A DNA stretch of 64,000 nucleotides from assembly GCA_029571985.1 (NCBI GenBank), contig JAKQVC010000130.1, positions 53,741 to 117,740 of the forward strand. The letters are read 5' to 3'. Within the stretch, counting starts at the first letter, position 1, and the number at the start of each line of letters is the position of its first letter. Under the pieces are notes generated by a model. That model saw only the letters and a program-made list of their open reading frames with translations, did no database searches and had not been told where the DNA came from. This document shows positions 1 to 9,879 of the stretch, in pieces. A program made the translations under genes and the position numbers. Origin of the DNA: Bacteroidota bacterium (lineage in GTDB: Bacteria; Bacteroidota; Bacteroidia; Chitinophagales; BACL12).

Positions 1-753
1 TTTGATGCCTATTGCGCCTTACATCCCTTAGATAAAGCTGATGCCGAATCAAATGAAGAAGTAGGACTTTTTCCTTTCGAATTAAATGCAGTAAATCAAA
101 GTAAGTTTGTTATAGGTGCACGGGGTGTTTATGCGTTTAGTGACTATGGCAATCAATTAGCTATTGTAGACACAAGTGAAACAGATAAGTTTACAGGCGC
201 TGTTGATTATGGCCATGCAGACAATGCTGACATTTTGTATTTTGCTAAAAGCTTTGATTCTCTCATACATGTGCGCCAAGGTGTTGATGACCCGGTTATT
301 ACCAGAGAAGTGCTTAGCAATCCGCGATCAATACGTAGTATTGCTATTGACGTTGATAATGCTGATGATATTTATTTTGTGGCCAAGGATAGTTTGTTCC
401 TAGTTCAAGGGTTTTCGACAGACAATCCAATAATAACCAATTTGCAATTTGACCCATACGATGATGATCAATCGCCACTGGGACTTAGCACCGTGCAGTC
501 GCTCGAAATTGAAGTTGATGGCGAAACTGAAAGTGTGTTATTGGTAGCTTGTTTAGGAGGTGTTTACATCCGCAATAACCAATTTGGTAATCAGCAATGG
601 TTGCCGGTAGCAACTAATTTCCCATACACCTTAGTTTCAGATTTCGTTTATAACAAAGAAGACGACATACTGGTAGTAGGCACCCTTGGCAGAGGCGTTT
701 GGACCCTCGAACATTTTAGTGAGCATATACCGAGATTGAGGTTGTCGTTTTGA
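1..753 (+). CDS. Partial CDS (5' end outside window): C-terminus of a BNR/VPS10-like beta-propeller or glycosyl-hydrolase-like protein
   Basis: Frame 1 is open from base 1 to TGA at 753. Ends with 'LVVGTLGRGVW', a typical last-blade motif of BNR/sortilin-type propeller proteins. Confidence 0.6.
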   Translation, partial: FDAYCALHPLDKADAESNEEVGLFPFELNAVNQSKFVIGARGVYAFSDYGNQLAIVDTSETDKFTGAVDYGHADNADILYFAKSFDSLIHVRQGVDDPVITREVLSNPRSIRSIAIDVDNADDIYFVAKDSLFLVQGFSTDNPIITNLQFDPYDDDQSPLGLSTVQSLEIEVDGETESVLLVACLGGVYIRNNQFGNQQWLPVATNFPYTLVSDFVYNKEDDILVVGTLGRGVWTLEHFSEHIPRLRLSF

Positions 754-897
754 TGTGCGGGCGAAATAGTTGGTTTAGAAGTGGTGATTTTAATTAGGCT
801 ATTGCTTTCCTCTTTTCAGTTGAGTTAATAGGCTAAATATCCTGCATTTAATCCTAATTGCTTTTTTAAATGCACAAGGCCACGCCGAGAGGCGCGC

Positions 898-925
898 AGG
901 CGGGAAGATGGTAAGACGGTAAGTA
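898..925. repeat. Degenerate copy of the octamer-based repeat (GGCGGGAA/GACGGTAA) that also flanks the GxxExxY gene
   Basis: aggcgggaagatggtaagacggtaagta; its reverse complement shares tacttaccgtctt and cttcccgcct with 43957-43987. Confidence 0.6.
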
Positions 926-962
926 GGGGAGAAGAAATGCATTATTCCTCATTCCTCATTCC

Positions 963-1352
963 TTATTCCTCAAAAACGGCATCTACTTCAATTTCAATTA
1001 AATATTCAGGGGCGATTAGTTTTGACACTTCAACCATCGTTGTGCATGGTTTTATGTTGCTGAATACTTCTCCATGTGCGCGACCATATTCTTCCCAGCG
1101 CGCAATGTCGGTGACGAATAATCGGGTGCGAACTACATCGGATAAGGATGCGCCTGCCTGATGTAAAACACCTGCTATTTTTTCGAGGATGAATTTGGTT
1201 TGTAAATAAGCGTCGTCGCCTCCTACTAATTGATTGTTTGCATCAACGGCAACAGTGCCGGTTACAAACACCATGTTGCCCACTTTTACAGCACGGGAGT
1301 AACCAACGATGTCTTCCCATTTGGCTCCGGAGGAGTAGTTTGTTCGTTTCAT
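963..1352 (-). CDS. RidA/YjgF/UK114 family protein
   Basis: 'WEDIVGYSRAVKVG', 'DVVRTRLFVTDI', 'LIEIEVDA' motifs; 129 aa. Confidence 0.9.
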   Translation of the reverse strand: MKRTNYSSGAKWEDIVGYSRAVKVGNMVFVTGTVAVDANNQLVGGDDAYLQTKFILEKIAGVLHQAGASLSDVVRTRLFVTDIARWEEYGRAHGEVFSNIKPCTTMVEVSKLIAPEYLIEIEVDAVFEE

Positions 1353-1393
1353 CTTTTAATTTGTTGATTTGGATTTGGTGCTTCGGGTGGGGA

Positions 1394-1891
1394 GGTAGTG
1401 GGTAGTGGGTAGTGAGTAGTGGGACAATGCAAATCGACTTCGTCGAGGGGATGTTGGTGGAAATGATATGAGATTGTCTGGTATAATTATTTTTTAGTAG
1501 TGAGTGGTGGGACAATGCAAATCGACTTCGTCGAGGGGAATGCATTTAAATTATTTATAGATTCTTCTGAGGCCTTTATCATTGTTGGATTCTAGTAGAA
1601 GGATTCACTATTCTCGCATTTGGAAAAGCAAATTATCTGCAAACAAAATATCCAAATAAAAAAAATAATCCGCTCTCAAATAGGCCAAAGGCCACCTTGC
1701 ATTTGTCTCACTACTCTATGAAGTAGAAGCTTTTCTCCGCTACGCTGCAAAAACCTTCACTTCATAGCAGGCACTACTCACAACCTGCCAATAAAAATCA
1801 TAAATCTCAATTCCACAACCAACCCACACTCTCAAATAGGCCAAAGGCCACCCTGCATTTGTCTCACTACTCACTACCCACTACCCACTAC
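1394..1891. repeat. Intergenic cluster of heptamer tandem repeats (GTGAGTA/GTGGGTA) with duplicated arms in inverted orientation and one embedded 57-bp hairpin element
   Basis: Two copies of gtgggacaatgcaaatcgacttcgtcgagggg (~1418, ~1507). Two copies of ctctcaaataggccaaaggccacc(t/c)tgcatttgtctcactactc (~1673, ~1829). Hairpin element at 1716-1772. Confidence 0.8.
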
Positions 1892-1950
1892 CTGCCAATT
1901 AGCAACAAAACCTCCCATCCCCAGAATCATACTCTAAAGAACAAAACATC

Positions 1951-2886
1951 TCACCCATTCTTCATCTTCTCCCAAATTTCCAGCATATTATTTGAAGCTG
2001 CCATTTGTTTCCAGCGTTTGCGCGCTTCGCCGGCGGGAGAGCCGAAATATATTTTGCCTGATTCTAAATCTTTGTCGACACCACTTTGTGCAAGAACCGT
2101 AACATTATTGCCGATGGTAAGGGTTTTTGAAACACCTACTTGTCCCCATAAGGTAACCTGATCGCCGATAATTGTTTTTCCACCAATCATGACACCGGCG
2201 GCGAATAAACACATTTCGCCAATTACTACACCGTGACCAATATGAATATGATTATCAAATTTGGTTGATCTGCCGATAATAGTATCTCCACTTACACCTT
2301 TATCGATCGTGCAATTGGCACCTATTTCAACATCATCAGCAATAATTACGCGACCACAACTTACCAGTTTATCCCAATACGTTGCGCGTTTTTTGAAATA
2401 AAAGGCATCAGAACCAATTGTAGTATTGGCATGAACAATTACATTGTCGCCAATAATGGTATTATCATAAATCACCACGTTGGGATGAAACACACAATTT
2501 TTTCCAATTATAACATTATTGCCAATATATACACCCGGAAAAAGAATCGTGCCTTCACCAACAACCGCATTATCAGCTCTGTTTATTAATGATGGATTAA
2601 ATGGAGAAAAATGTTTTACCAAAGCCACATAATCGCGAAAGGGATCATCGCTGAGTAAAAGACCTTTTCCGGGGGGACAGTCAACTTCTTTATTAATAAT
2701 AACAAATGTAGCAGCCGAGTTAAGGGCTTTTTCGTAGTATTTCGGGTGGTCGACAAATGAAATGTCGCCAGGTGTTACTTTATGAATTTCGTTGATGCCG
2801 GTAACCGAAACGCCCGGATCTGCTAAAATTTGTGCGCCAATAAGGGCAGCAATATCACTGAGGGTATGTGCTTGTGCTAACTGCAT
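1951..2886 (-). CDS. lpxD: UDP-3-O-(3-hydroxymyristoyl)glucosamine N-acyltransferase (LpxD family)
   Basis: N-terminal LpxD domain ([11 protein letters not shown]), hexapeptide repeats, '[19 protein letters not shown]', '[10 protein letters not shown]'. Start moved to ATG at 2886. Confidence 0.88.
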   Translation of the reverse strand: MQLAQAHTLSDIAALIGAQILADPGVSVTGINEIHKVTPGDISFVDHPKYYEKALNSAATFVIINKEVDCPPGKGLLLSDDPFRDYVALVKHFSPFNPSLINRADNAVVGEGTILFPGVYIGNNVIIGKNCVFHPNVVIYDNTIIGDNVIVHANTTIGSDAFYFKKRATYWDKLVSCGRVIIADDVEIGANCTIDKGVSGDTIIGRSTKFDNHIHIGHGVVIGEMCLFAAGVMIGGKTIIGDQVTLWGQVGVSKTLTIGNNVTVLAQSGVDKDLESGKIYFGSPAGEARKRWKQMAASNNMLEIWEKMKNG

Positions 2887-2982
2887 GGTGCAAAGGTCTG
2901 AAACAAAATGCATACTGCCCCAAAAGACAGGGTAAATCCTTTGGCAAAGCGTATCTTTGCGCTCGCTTTAAGCAAAAATAAG

Positions 2983-4074
2983 ATGAAGCAAACAGCACTA
3001 ACCAACCTCCACAAACAACTCGGCGCTAAAATGGCTGAGTTTGCCGGATATGAAATGCCGATTAACTACAGCTCTCAGGTAGAAGAACACCATACCGTGC
3101 GCAATGGCGTGGGTGTTTTTGATGTGAGTCACATGGGTGAATTCGTGCTCAAAGGCCCTGGTGCTGCGGCTTTGATTCAGAAGGTGACCAGCAACGATGT
3201 GTATGCCCTGAGCCCGGGAAAGGCCCAATATAGCTGCATGCCAAACGAAAACGGCGGTATTGTTGACGATTTGCTGGTGTATCACCTCGAAGATGGTAAT
3301 TATATGCTGGTGGTAAACGCGTCGAACATTGAAAAAGACTGGAACCACATTCAGCGATACAATACAGAAGGGGTGGAGATGGTGAATATCTCCGACAAAA
3401 CCAGTCTGCTTGCGGTTCAGGGACCAAAGGCGGCTGATGCCCTGCAGCCCTTGACTGATGCGGATTTGAAGGCAATTCCATATTACAATTTCACCAAACA
3501 TACCTTTGCCGGCGTGGGCAATGTGATTATTTCAGCTACGGGTTATACCGGTGCTGGTGGATTTGAGATTTATTTCCCTTCAGAACATTCCATAGACATC
3601 TGGAACAGAATTTTTGAAGCCGGTGCACCATTTGGCATCAAACCTATCGGGTTAGCGGCCCGTGATACTTTGCGTCTGGAGATGGGATTTTGTCTTTATG
3701 GCAATGATATCGACGACACCACATCCCCATTGGAAGCGGGTTTGGGGTGGATAACCAAGTTGAAAGCGGCAAACAACGACTTCGTAGGGAAGGATAAAAT
3801 AGTTGCCGGAAAAGAGGCCGGATTAACCCGCAAACTGGTGGGTTTTGAGATGATCGACCGCGGAATTCCCCGTCACGATTACCCGATTGTGAATGCAGAG
3901 GGCAGAATAATTGGCAAGGTAACCAGCGGCACACAGAGTCCGAGTTTGAATAAGGCGATTGGATTGGGGTATGTAGAAAATGCCTATAGCACCGCAGATT
4001 CAGAAATTTTTATAGATATTCGCCAGAAGCCCGTGAAAGCCAAAGTGGTTAAGATCCCGTTCCTGCAAGTGTAA
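2983..4074 (+). CDS. gcvT: Glycine cleavage system aminomethyltransferase T
   Basis: '[11 protein letters not shown]', '[12 protein letters not shown]', '[13 protein letters not shown]'. TATCTTTG promoter element at 2952-2959. Confidence 0.96.
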   Translation: MKQTALTNLHKQLGAKMAEFAGYEMPINYSSQVEEHHTVRNGVGVFDVSHMGEFVLKGPGAAALIQKVTSNDVYALSPGKAQYSCMPNENGGIVDDLLVYHLEDGNYMLVVNASNIEKDWNHIQRYNTEGVEMVNISDKTSLLAVQGPKAADALQPLTDADLKAIPYYNFTKHTFAGVGNVIISATGYTGAGGFEIYFPSEHSIDIWNRIFEAGAPFGIKPIGLAARDTLRLEMGFCLYGNDIDDTTSPLEAGLGWITKLKAANNDFVGKDKIVAGKEAGLTRKLVGFEMIDRGIPRHDYPIVNAEGRIIGKVTSGTQSPSLNKAIGLGYVENAYSTADSEIFIDIRQKPVKAKVVKIPFLQV

Positions 4075-4098
4075 GGAGCGCAGAACCCGGCTAGCGAT

Positions 4099-4824
4099 AT
4101 GACAAACACACAAGACAACAGACCTATTATAGAAGTATGCCTCACACCGGCGCTTTGGTATCAGCATGATCCAAAGGGCAAAAATGTGGTGGTTATCGAT
4201 ATTATTCGCGCAACATCTACCATTACTTCAGCACTGCACCATGGTGTTGCCAAAATGATTCCGGTGCAAACGGTTGAAGAAGCAAATGCCTATCTCGAAA
4301 AAGGATATTTAGTTGCCGGTGAACGAGATGGAATTAAAATTCCACATTTTCAATTCGGAAATTCCCCTTTCGAATTTATGGGTGAGGATGTGAAAGGTAA
4401 AACAATCATTCATACTACTACTAACGGCACGCGTTGTGTGCTGATGAGCAAAGGCGCACATCAAATTGTTGCAGGATCTTTTTTAAATCAGGAAGCTATA
4501 TTTAATTGGATTCGCCAGGAAAATCGCGACACCATTTTATTTTGTGCAGGATGGAAAGATCACTATGTAATGGATGATGCACTTTTTGCAGGCGCCGTTG
4601 TGCGTGAATTAGCGGATGATTTTCGCATTATAGACGATAGTACACTCAGCGCTAAATTATTATACCGATATGTGCGCGAAAATATGCTGCGCAGCATAAA
4701 ACAGGCAACACACTTCAAACGCCTCCAACGCCTCGGCATTGAACAGGATATCAAATTCTGCATGAGCAATCCGCACTTTGATGTAGTTCCGGTTTTTGAT
4801 GGAGAAGGATTTGTGAAGGGGTGA
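4099..4824 (+). CDS. comB: 2-phosphosulfolactate phosphatase family protein
   Basis: 'VVIDIIRATSTI', 'AGERDG', 'GNSP', 'TTTNGT', 'DD.LFAG' motifs. Confidence 0.88.
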   Translation: MTNTQDNRPIIEVCLTPALWYQHDPKGKNVVVIDIIRATSTITSALHHGVAKMIPVQTVEEANAYLEKGYLVAGERDGIKIPHFQFGNSPFEFMGEDVKGKTIIHTTTNGTRCVLMSKGAHQIVAGSFLNQEAIFNWIRQENRDTILFCAGWKDHYVMDDALFAGAVVRELADDFRIIDDSTLSAKLLYRYVRENMLRSIKQATHFKRLQRLGIEQDIKFCMSNPHFDVVPVFDGEGFVKG

Positions 4825-4849
4825 GTGGTGATTGAATTTCTTACCGCAA

Positions 4850-4879
4850 CTTACCGCCTTCCCGCCTTCCCGGCCTCGT
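4850..4879. repeat. Solo copy of the GxxExxY-flanking repeat
   Basis: cttaccgccttcccgccttcccggcctcgt matches 43959-43988 at 29/30 positions; lies between convergent genes. Confidence 0.85.
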
Positions 4880-4907
4880 GCATTCACCTGCAATATTTGA
4901 CCACATT

Positions 4908-5636
4908 TCAATGACTAGAATTAAACTCAATACCGAGTCGTTCTAATACGAGTGCGCGATACACCTTACCTATCGGAATTTTTATTTCACCCAGTTCAAG
5001 CATGTTTCCGTTTATGGCTTTGATACGCGAAATGTTTACAATATAGGATTTATGCACCCGTAAGAATAGATCCTCAGGTAATTGCACCTCCATATTTTTC
5101 ATGGTTTCTAACGTAATGATTCTTTTTCCCGCTGCATAGATACTTACATATTCGCGCAACCCTTCTACATGTGTAACATCTGCATAATTAATCCGCACTT
5201 GCTTGTAATCAGACTTCACAAAAAAATATTCTGGCCGTGCAATAGGCATGTGTTGGTTCACTGTGGTTTGTCGACGCAAATCAACCCATTCGGTTGCTTT
5301 TCGCAGAGATTGTAAAAAGCGGTCCAGAGCTATGGGCTTCAGTAGGTAATCAACAACATCCAGCTGATATCCTTCCAAAGCATAATCGGCATATGCGGTT
5401 GTTAAAATGATTGCCGGTTTGTTTTTTAGAATTTTAATTAATTCGATACCGGTTAAATCTGGCATTTGGATATCAAGAAAAACAATATCTATAGCTTCAC
5501 TTTGCAGGATTTGTAATGCCTGAAGTGCGTGTTGACATTTTCCCGCAATTTCTAAATCCGGCACTTTGCTGATATGGTCTTCCAACAGACGCAAAGCCAG
5601 CGATTCATCATCTACTATCAGGCATTTATATTTCAT
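4908..5636 (-). CDS. LytTR-family DNA-binding response regulator
   Basis: Receiver domain (IVDDE, FLDIQMP, DYLLKP) plus LytTR domain (FLRVHKSYIVN). Confidence 0.93.
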   Translation of the reverse strand: MKYKCLIVDDESLALRLLEDHISKVPDLEIAGKCQHALQALQILQSEAIDIVFLDIQMPDLTGIELIKILKNKPAIILTTAYADYALEGYQLDVVDYLLKPIALDRFLQSLRKATEWVDLRRQTTVNQHMPIARPEYFFVKSDYKQVRINYADVTHVEGLREYVSIYAAGKRIITLETMKNMEVQLPEDLFLRVHKSYIVNISRIKAINGNMLELGEIKIPIGKVYRALVLERLGIEFNSSH

Positions 5637-6655
5637 ATCAGCCGAAGTGTTAACTGCACGGTAAAAGTATCTTGCGTTCCTGAAATGTTTAACATATGTT
5701 TATTGGGATACAATATCTGTAAACGCTTGCGAACATTTTCGAGTCCAACCCCGCCAACAGCGTCTTTTTTAGTAGCAGCTGCATCAATACTATTTTCGAG
5801 ATGAAAAATCAGGGTGTCGTTTTCGGCCTTGAGTTTTCCATGTATATATCCGGATGTGTTGTCGAGTGCATTACCATGTTTAAATGCGTTTTCAATAAAA
5901 GGAATGAGTATTAATGGCGCAATCAGTATACCGTCGCTCACACCCTCCACATCCCAAAGCACACGATCAGTCTTTCCGTTTTTTAATTGTTGTAATTGCA
6001 GATAATCCTGAATGTAACCTAATTCTTTCGATAAGGGCACCAGATGTTCGTCACTTTCATATAACATATATCGCATGAGGCCGCTTAATTGCAGGATGTG
6101 CGGGGCGGCAGTTTTGCCTTCCAGATAGGTGAGTGTATAAATATTATTCAGGGTATTAAATAAAAAATGCGGATTTATCTGTGCCTTCAGAAAACGCAAT
6201 TCTGCTTCTAATTGTAATCGCTCATAATTAATCGCCAATTGTGTTTTTGCATACCAGTCTTGAAACAATCTCAGGGTAGTAGTAACAGCAAGCATAACCA
6301 GGGATGAAAAAACAATAGTGGCATAATGTGCCGGACTGTTTAATACCAGCGGGTTATAGGCATTAAAGGCAAAGCGTTGATCCAGCCAGGCGCGCAGGGG
6401 AGAACTGATTAACAACAGTATTAAGATACTACCCGCATAGGCGCTAAAGCGTTTGGTAAAAAGAAGATTGGGCACGAAGACATATAGGTTCAGATATACC
6501 ATAGGTGCCAGCACTAAACCTGTTATGGTATTGCGCAGCAAGGCTTGTTCCAAGGGCAGAAAACGCGCGAATACCATCGTAAGCAACACCAGATAGGCCA
6601 TCCAGAACACTACATGTAAGAGCCATTGTTGCTTATACCACGACACCTTTGTCAT
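5633..6655 (-). CDS. LytS/YehU-type sensor histidine kinase
   Basis: Three to four N-terminal TM helices, 'LKAQINPHFLFNTLN', 'IPFIENAFKHG', 'GGVGLENVRKRL'. ATGA overlap with the regulator. Confidence 0.93.
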   Translation of the reverse strand: MTKVSWYKQQWLLHVVFWMAYLVLLTMVFARFLPLEQALLRNTITGLVLAPMVYLNLYVFVPNLLFTKRFSAYAGSILILLLISSPLRAWLDQRFAFNAYNPLVLNSPAHYATIVFSSLVMLAVTTTLRLFQDWYAKTQLAINYERLQLEAELRFLKAQINPHFLFNTLNNIYTLTYLEGKTAAPHILQLSGLMRYMLYESDEHLVPLSKELGYIQDYLQLQQLKNGKTDRVLWDVEGVSDGILIAPLILIPFIENAFKHGNALDNTSGYIHGKLKAENDTLIFHLENSIDAAATKKDAVGGVGLENVRKRLQILYPNKHMLNISGTQDTFTVQLTLRLI

Positions 6656-6691
6656 AATACAAATGTAGAACTAAAGCACTTGCGATGAAAC

Positions 6692-6806
6692 ATTTATCTA
6701 CCAACATATTGAATTTACCTACGAACTGCATTCATGCCACATAAATACCCCCATGTGGATTGGTAGAAGACGCTTGTAGATAATACCTGCCTGTCTGTAG
6801 AATTAA
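6692..6806. promoter_or_regulatory. Two pairs of putative LytTR-binding direct repeats serving divergent promoters
   Basis: atttatctaccaac (6692) / atttacctacgaac (6713), and tgtaga at 6775 / 6796. Both pairs have a 21-bp period and opposite orientation. Confidence 0.6.
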
Positions 6807-6859
6807 TTATTTACCGGGTCAGAATCCCCGCATTTTTGACCCATCAAACAAAATAAACT

Positions 6860-7687
6860 ATGAAAAAATTTCCCATTTTATCCATGAGCATGATTTTGGC
6901 AGTTGCCATTTCTTCATGCGACCGCGCGGAGGAACCCCTGCTGACAGATGCTGACCCATCATCCGCAAAAACTACTGCAGAGGCTACTAAAACTTTTGAT
7001 GATGTGGCTGTAATGACAGAAGAAGCCGTTATACAATACATCGAAAATCCGGAGTATGACACATACACCTTTGGCGAATGCGTTACATTGATTGTCGATT
7101 CTGTAAACACAAAAATCACGTTCGACTTAGGTAATGCAGGTTGTACCGGTTTAGATGGCATTACACGTAAAGGAAAAATTATTGCTGATTATAACGGGAT
7201 GCCAAGAGAAGCCGGTTCTACCCTGAGTATCACATTAGAGAATTTTTCTGTTGATGGTTATCGGGTATCAGGTAACTTCACCTATAACGCTATAGCTGAA
7301 AACGCAAGTGGTGACTTAGAATTGGCGTACTCCGTTTCTGATGGCGAGTACATCGAACCGGATGGAGATGTGCTTACATTTAGTTGCTTCCGCACCTTCA
7401 CATGGACTGCAGGTATGGCATCAGAAAATCTGTATGACGATGTATTTACTACTTCAGGAGGTTTTACCGCCGGTTTAAATGGCGATATCTATACCGGAGA
7501 AACAAAAGAAGAGATTGTGTTAGCCAGCACTTGTTGGGCCGATGGTATTTATTACCCGACATCCGGCACCTGGGAATTAATTTTTCCTGATGGTATTTAT
7601 CGGGCTATTGATTATGGAAGCGGCGATTGTGATAAAACAGTTGTTGTTACCATTGGCAGTCGTGATTATACTTATCAATTACCTTAA
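6860..7687 (+). CDS. Uncharacterised Bacteroidota lipoprotein
   Basis: Lipobox 'ISSC'; 'C..LDGITRKGKII' and C-terminal 'IDYGSGDCDK' motifs. Confidence 0.75.
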   Translation: MKKFPILSMSMILAVAISSCDRAEEPLLTDADPSSAKTTAEATKTFDDVAVMTEEAVIQYIENPEYDTYTFGECVTLIVDSVNTKITFDLGNAGCTGLDGITRKGKIIADYNGMPREAGSTLSITLENFSVDGYRVSGNFTYNAIAENASGDLELAYSVSDGEYIEPDGDVLTFSCFRTFTWTAGMASENLYDDVFTTSGGFTAGLNGDIYTGETKEEIVLASTCWADGIYYPTSGTWELIFPDGIYRAIDYGSGDCDKTVVVTIGSRDYTYQLP

Positions 7688-7699
7688 AAAAGTACAACA

Positions 7700-8500
7700 G
7701 TGATTGAGGTTACACAAATCGATTTTTACGTCGTGTGGTTAATATCGTTTTGTGGGCTGGCTCTGCGATATGCTTTATTCGCGGGGCTGGCTTTTTATAT
7801 GCTGTATTATGCAACACGCCTCGCCTATTCAGGAAAGCGACTGCGATCAGATTCCATTAACATGCGGCATGTGGTTCAGGATATAGGCTGGTCAGCAATT
7901 TCATTTATCATATTCGGCGTCATGATTGCCGGAATCATGCACCTGAGCGGAGCCGGCTATACCAAATTATATACTGATGTGCATCAATTTGGTATAGGTT
8001 TTGTGGTCATTGGTTTGGTTGTTCTCTTGCTGGCACATGACGCCTATTTTTATTGGATGCACCGATTGTTGCATACCAGATGGTTTTACAGGCATGTTCA
8101 TTTCAGACATCACCGGCCATCACCACCCACACCTTTCACCAGTTTCGCCTTTCATCCGATTGAAGCTGTGTTGGAATTTGCGTTTATCATTCCGATGGTT
8201 TTTTTATTTCCCTTTCATCCGATTACCTTATTTCTGTTCGCGAATATGATGACAGCTATGAATGTGTGGGGACATTTAGGTGTAGAGTTGATGCCGCAGC
8301 GCTTTCTCCGGAAGTGGTATGGCAGTTTCTTTAATTCAACAACCCACCATGATATGCATCACCAATATAATAAAGGCAACTACGGATTATATTTTTCGTT
8401 GTGGGATCATGTTATGAAAACGCATCACCCAAAATATCTCGACAAAAGAAATCAGTATAATGTAAAGCTGAAGACTAAAGCAGGTGATGACCAATGTTAA
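7700..8500 (+). CDS. Sterol desaturase / fatty acid hydroxylase family membrane enzyme
   Basis: His boxes 'YWMHRLLH', 'HFRHH', 'HHDMHH', plus 'GNYGLYF.LWD'. Confidence 0.9.
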   Translation: MIEVTQIDFYVVWLISFCGLALRYALFAGLAFYMLYYATRLAYSGKRLRSDSINMRHVVQDIGWSAISFIIFGVMIAGIMHLSGAGYTKLYTDVHQFGIGFVVIGLVVLLLAHDAYFYWMHRLLHTRWFYRHVHFRHHRPSPPTPFTSFAFHPIEAVLEFAFIIPMVFLFPFHPITLFLFANMMTAMNVWGHLGVELMPQRFLRKWYGSFFNSTTHHDMHHQYNKGNYGLYFSLWDHVMKTHHPKYLDKRNQYNVKLKTKAGDDQC

Positions 8501-8509
8501 TGTACGGGC

Positions 8510-9814
8510 TTAATCATAATGAAAAGCCTTTAACGTTTTCGCTTTCCATGCGGTGAAGCCGACAATGGCGAGGGTAATAGATCCGCCGAAGATAACAGAA
8601 GGTACAATGCCCAGTAGTTTGGCAGCTAATCCGCTTTCGAAAGCGCCCAACTCATTGCTACTTCCAATGAACATGGTATTTACGGCACTTACGCGACCAC
8701 GCATATGGTCGGGTGTAAGAATTTGAATAATATTTCCGCGAATGACAACGCTCACACTGTCGAAGGCGCCATTGAGGAACAGTAAAAACATGGACAAATA
8801 AAAATTGGTGCTGAGTCCGAATAAAATAATGGTAACACCAAATCCGGTTACCGCCCATAACAAAGTAACACCTACACGGCCCGGAATTTTTTTCCAGGAA
8901 ATATAACTCATGGTTAATACGGCACCGAGTGAAGGCATGGCCCTTAACATACCTAATCCCTGTGGACCACATGCCAAAATTTCATCCGCAAAAACCGGTA
9001 ATAGGGCTACTGCACCTCCAAATAATACAGAGAACATATCGAGGCTGAGTGCGTTGAGAATAATTTTATGATTAAACACAAAACGAATACCTGCTTTAAG
9101 CCTTTCCAGTACCGGTTCATCGTGTACAGGTTGTGGTGGTGTAGATGGCACTCGACTCATCATCAAAATACCCATCACAATACAAGCGAGCACCGTAATC
9201 ATTGAACCGGTCATGCCAATCCAACCATATAAAAATCCACCCAATGCCGGACCGATAATGGCGCTCATCTGCCACACAGTAGAATTCATGGTAGATGCTT
9301 TAATTAAAGTGCGATTTTGAATTTTAGCACTTTCGCCATCCAGCATATCATCTTCATCAATACTGTCTAACACATGATTGAGTGCCGCATTATTTTTTTT
9401 AGGAAGCACAATTTGTGCAATGATAGATGTAGCTGTTGGTCCATAAAATCCGCGCGCAAATCCGGTGGAAAAAATACAGGCATACATCAACCATACGGTA
9501 GTTGTATCGCTGTTAATGGCGCGCATGTAATCGGAAGTAAAAATGGTAAGTCCTAACGCAGAAATAAACATCCCCGCCAAACTCATCAATAACAAATTGC
9601 GCTTGTTGCTAATATCCGCCAAATGACCGGCATACAATGCAATACTAATAGCTGGAATCGCCTCAGCAAGTCCGATTAACCCGAGACTAAAAGCATCTTT
9701 AGTAATCGAATAAATTTCCCATCCTGCCACTACATATTGAATCAAAAATGCAAATGTGATAAACACCCGCATGCTGAGGAAGTATCTGAATGGGCGGTTG
9801 TCGAGAGGGGACAT
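8510..9814 (-). CDS. MFS transporter (EntS/H+ antiporter-like)
   Basis: About 12 TM segments; 'LDMFSVLFGGAVALLP', 'MRGRVSAVN.MFIGSSNELGAFESG'. Confidence 0.88.
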   Translation of the reverse strand: MSPLDNRPFRYFLSMRVFITFAFLIQYVVAGWEIYSITKDAFSLGLIGLAEAIPAISIALYAGHLADISNKRNLLLMSLAGMFISALGLTIFTSDYMRAINSDTTTVWLMYACIFSTGFARGFYGPTATSIIAQIVLPKKNNAALNHVLDSIDEDDMLDGESAKIQNRTLIKASTMNSTVWQMSAIIGPALGGFLYGWIGMTGSMITVLACIVMGILMMSRVPSTPPQPVHDEPVLERLKAGIRFVFNHKIILNALSLDMFSVLFGGAVALLPVFADEILACGPQGLGMLRAMPSLGAVLTMSYISWKKIPGRVGVTLLWAVTGFGVTIILFGLSTNFYLSMFLLFLNGAFDSVSVVIRGNIIQILTPDHMRGRVSAVNTMFIGSSNELGAFESGLAAKLLGIVPSVIFGGSITLAIVGFTAWKAKTLKAFHYD

Positions 9815-9879
9815 GCGGTAAAATTAGGTCGGATGTGGCATTAGTTGAGCATCGGTGAGTGGAAAAGTGTGTTCCCCAC

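Noticed and set aside
1243-2161. ORFs 1243-1545 and 1859-2161 (also 11358-11747, 18663-19025, 24724-25035)
   Set aside because: They are translations of non-coding repeats (THHSPL/TTHY, HRLIG patterns) or shadows of real genes.
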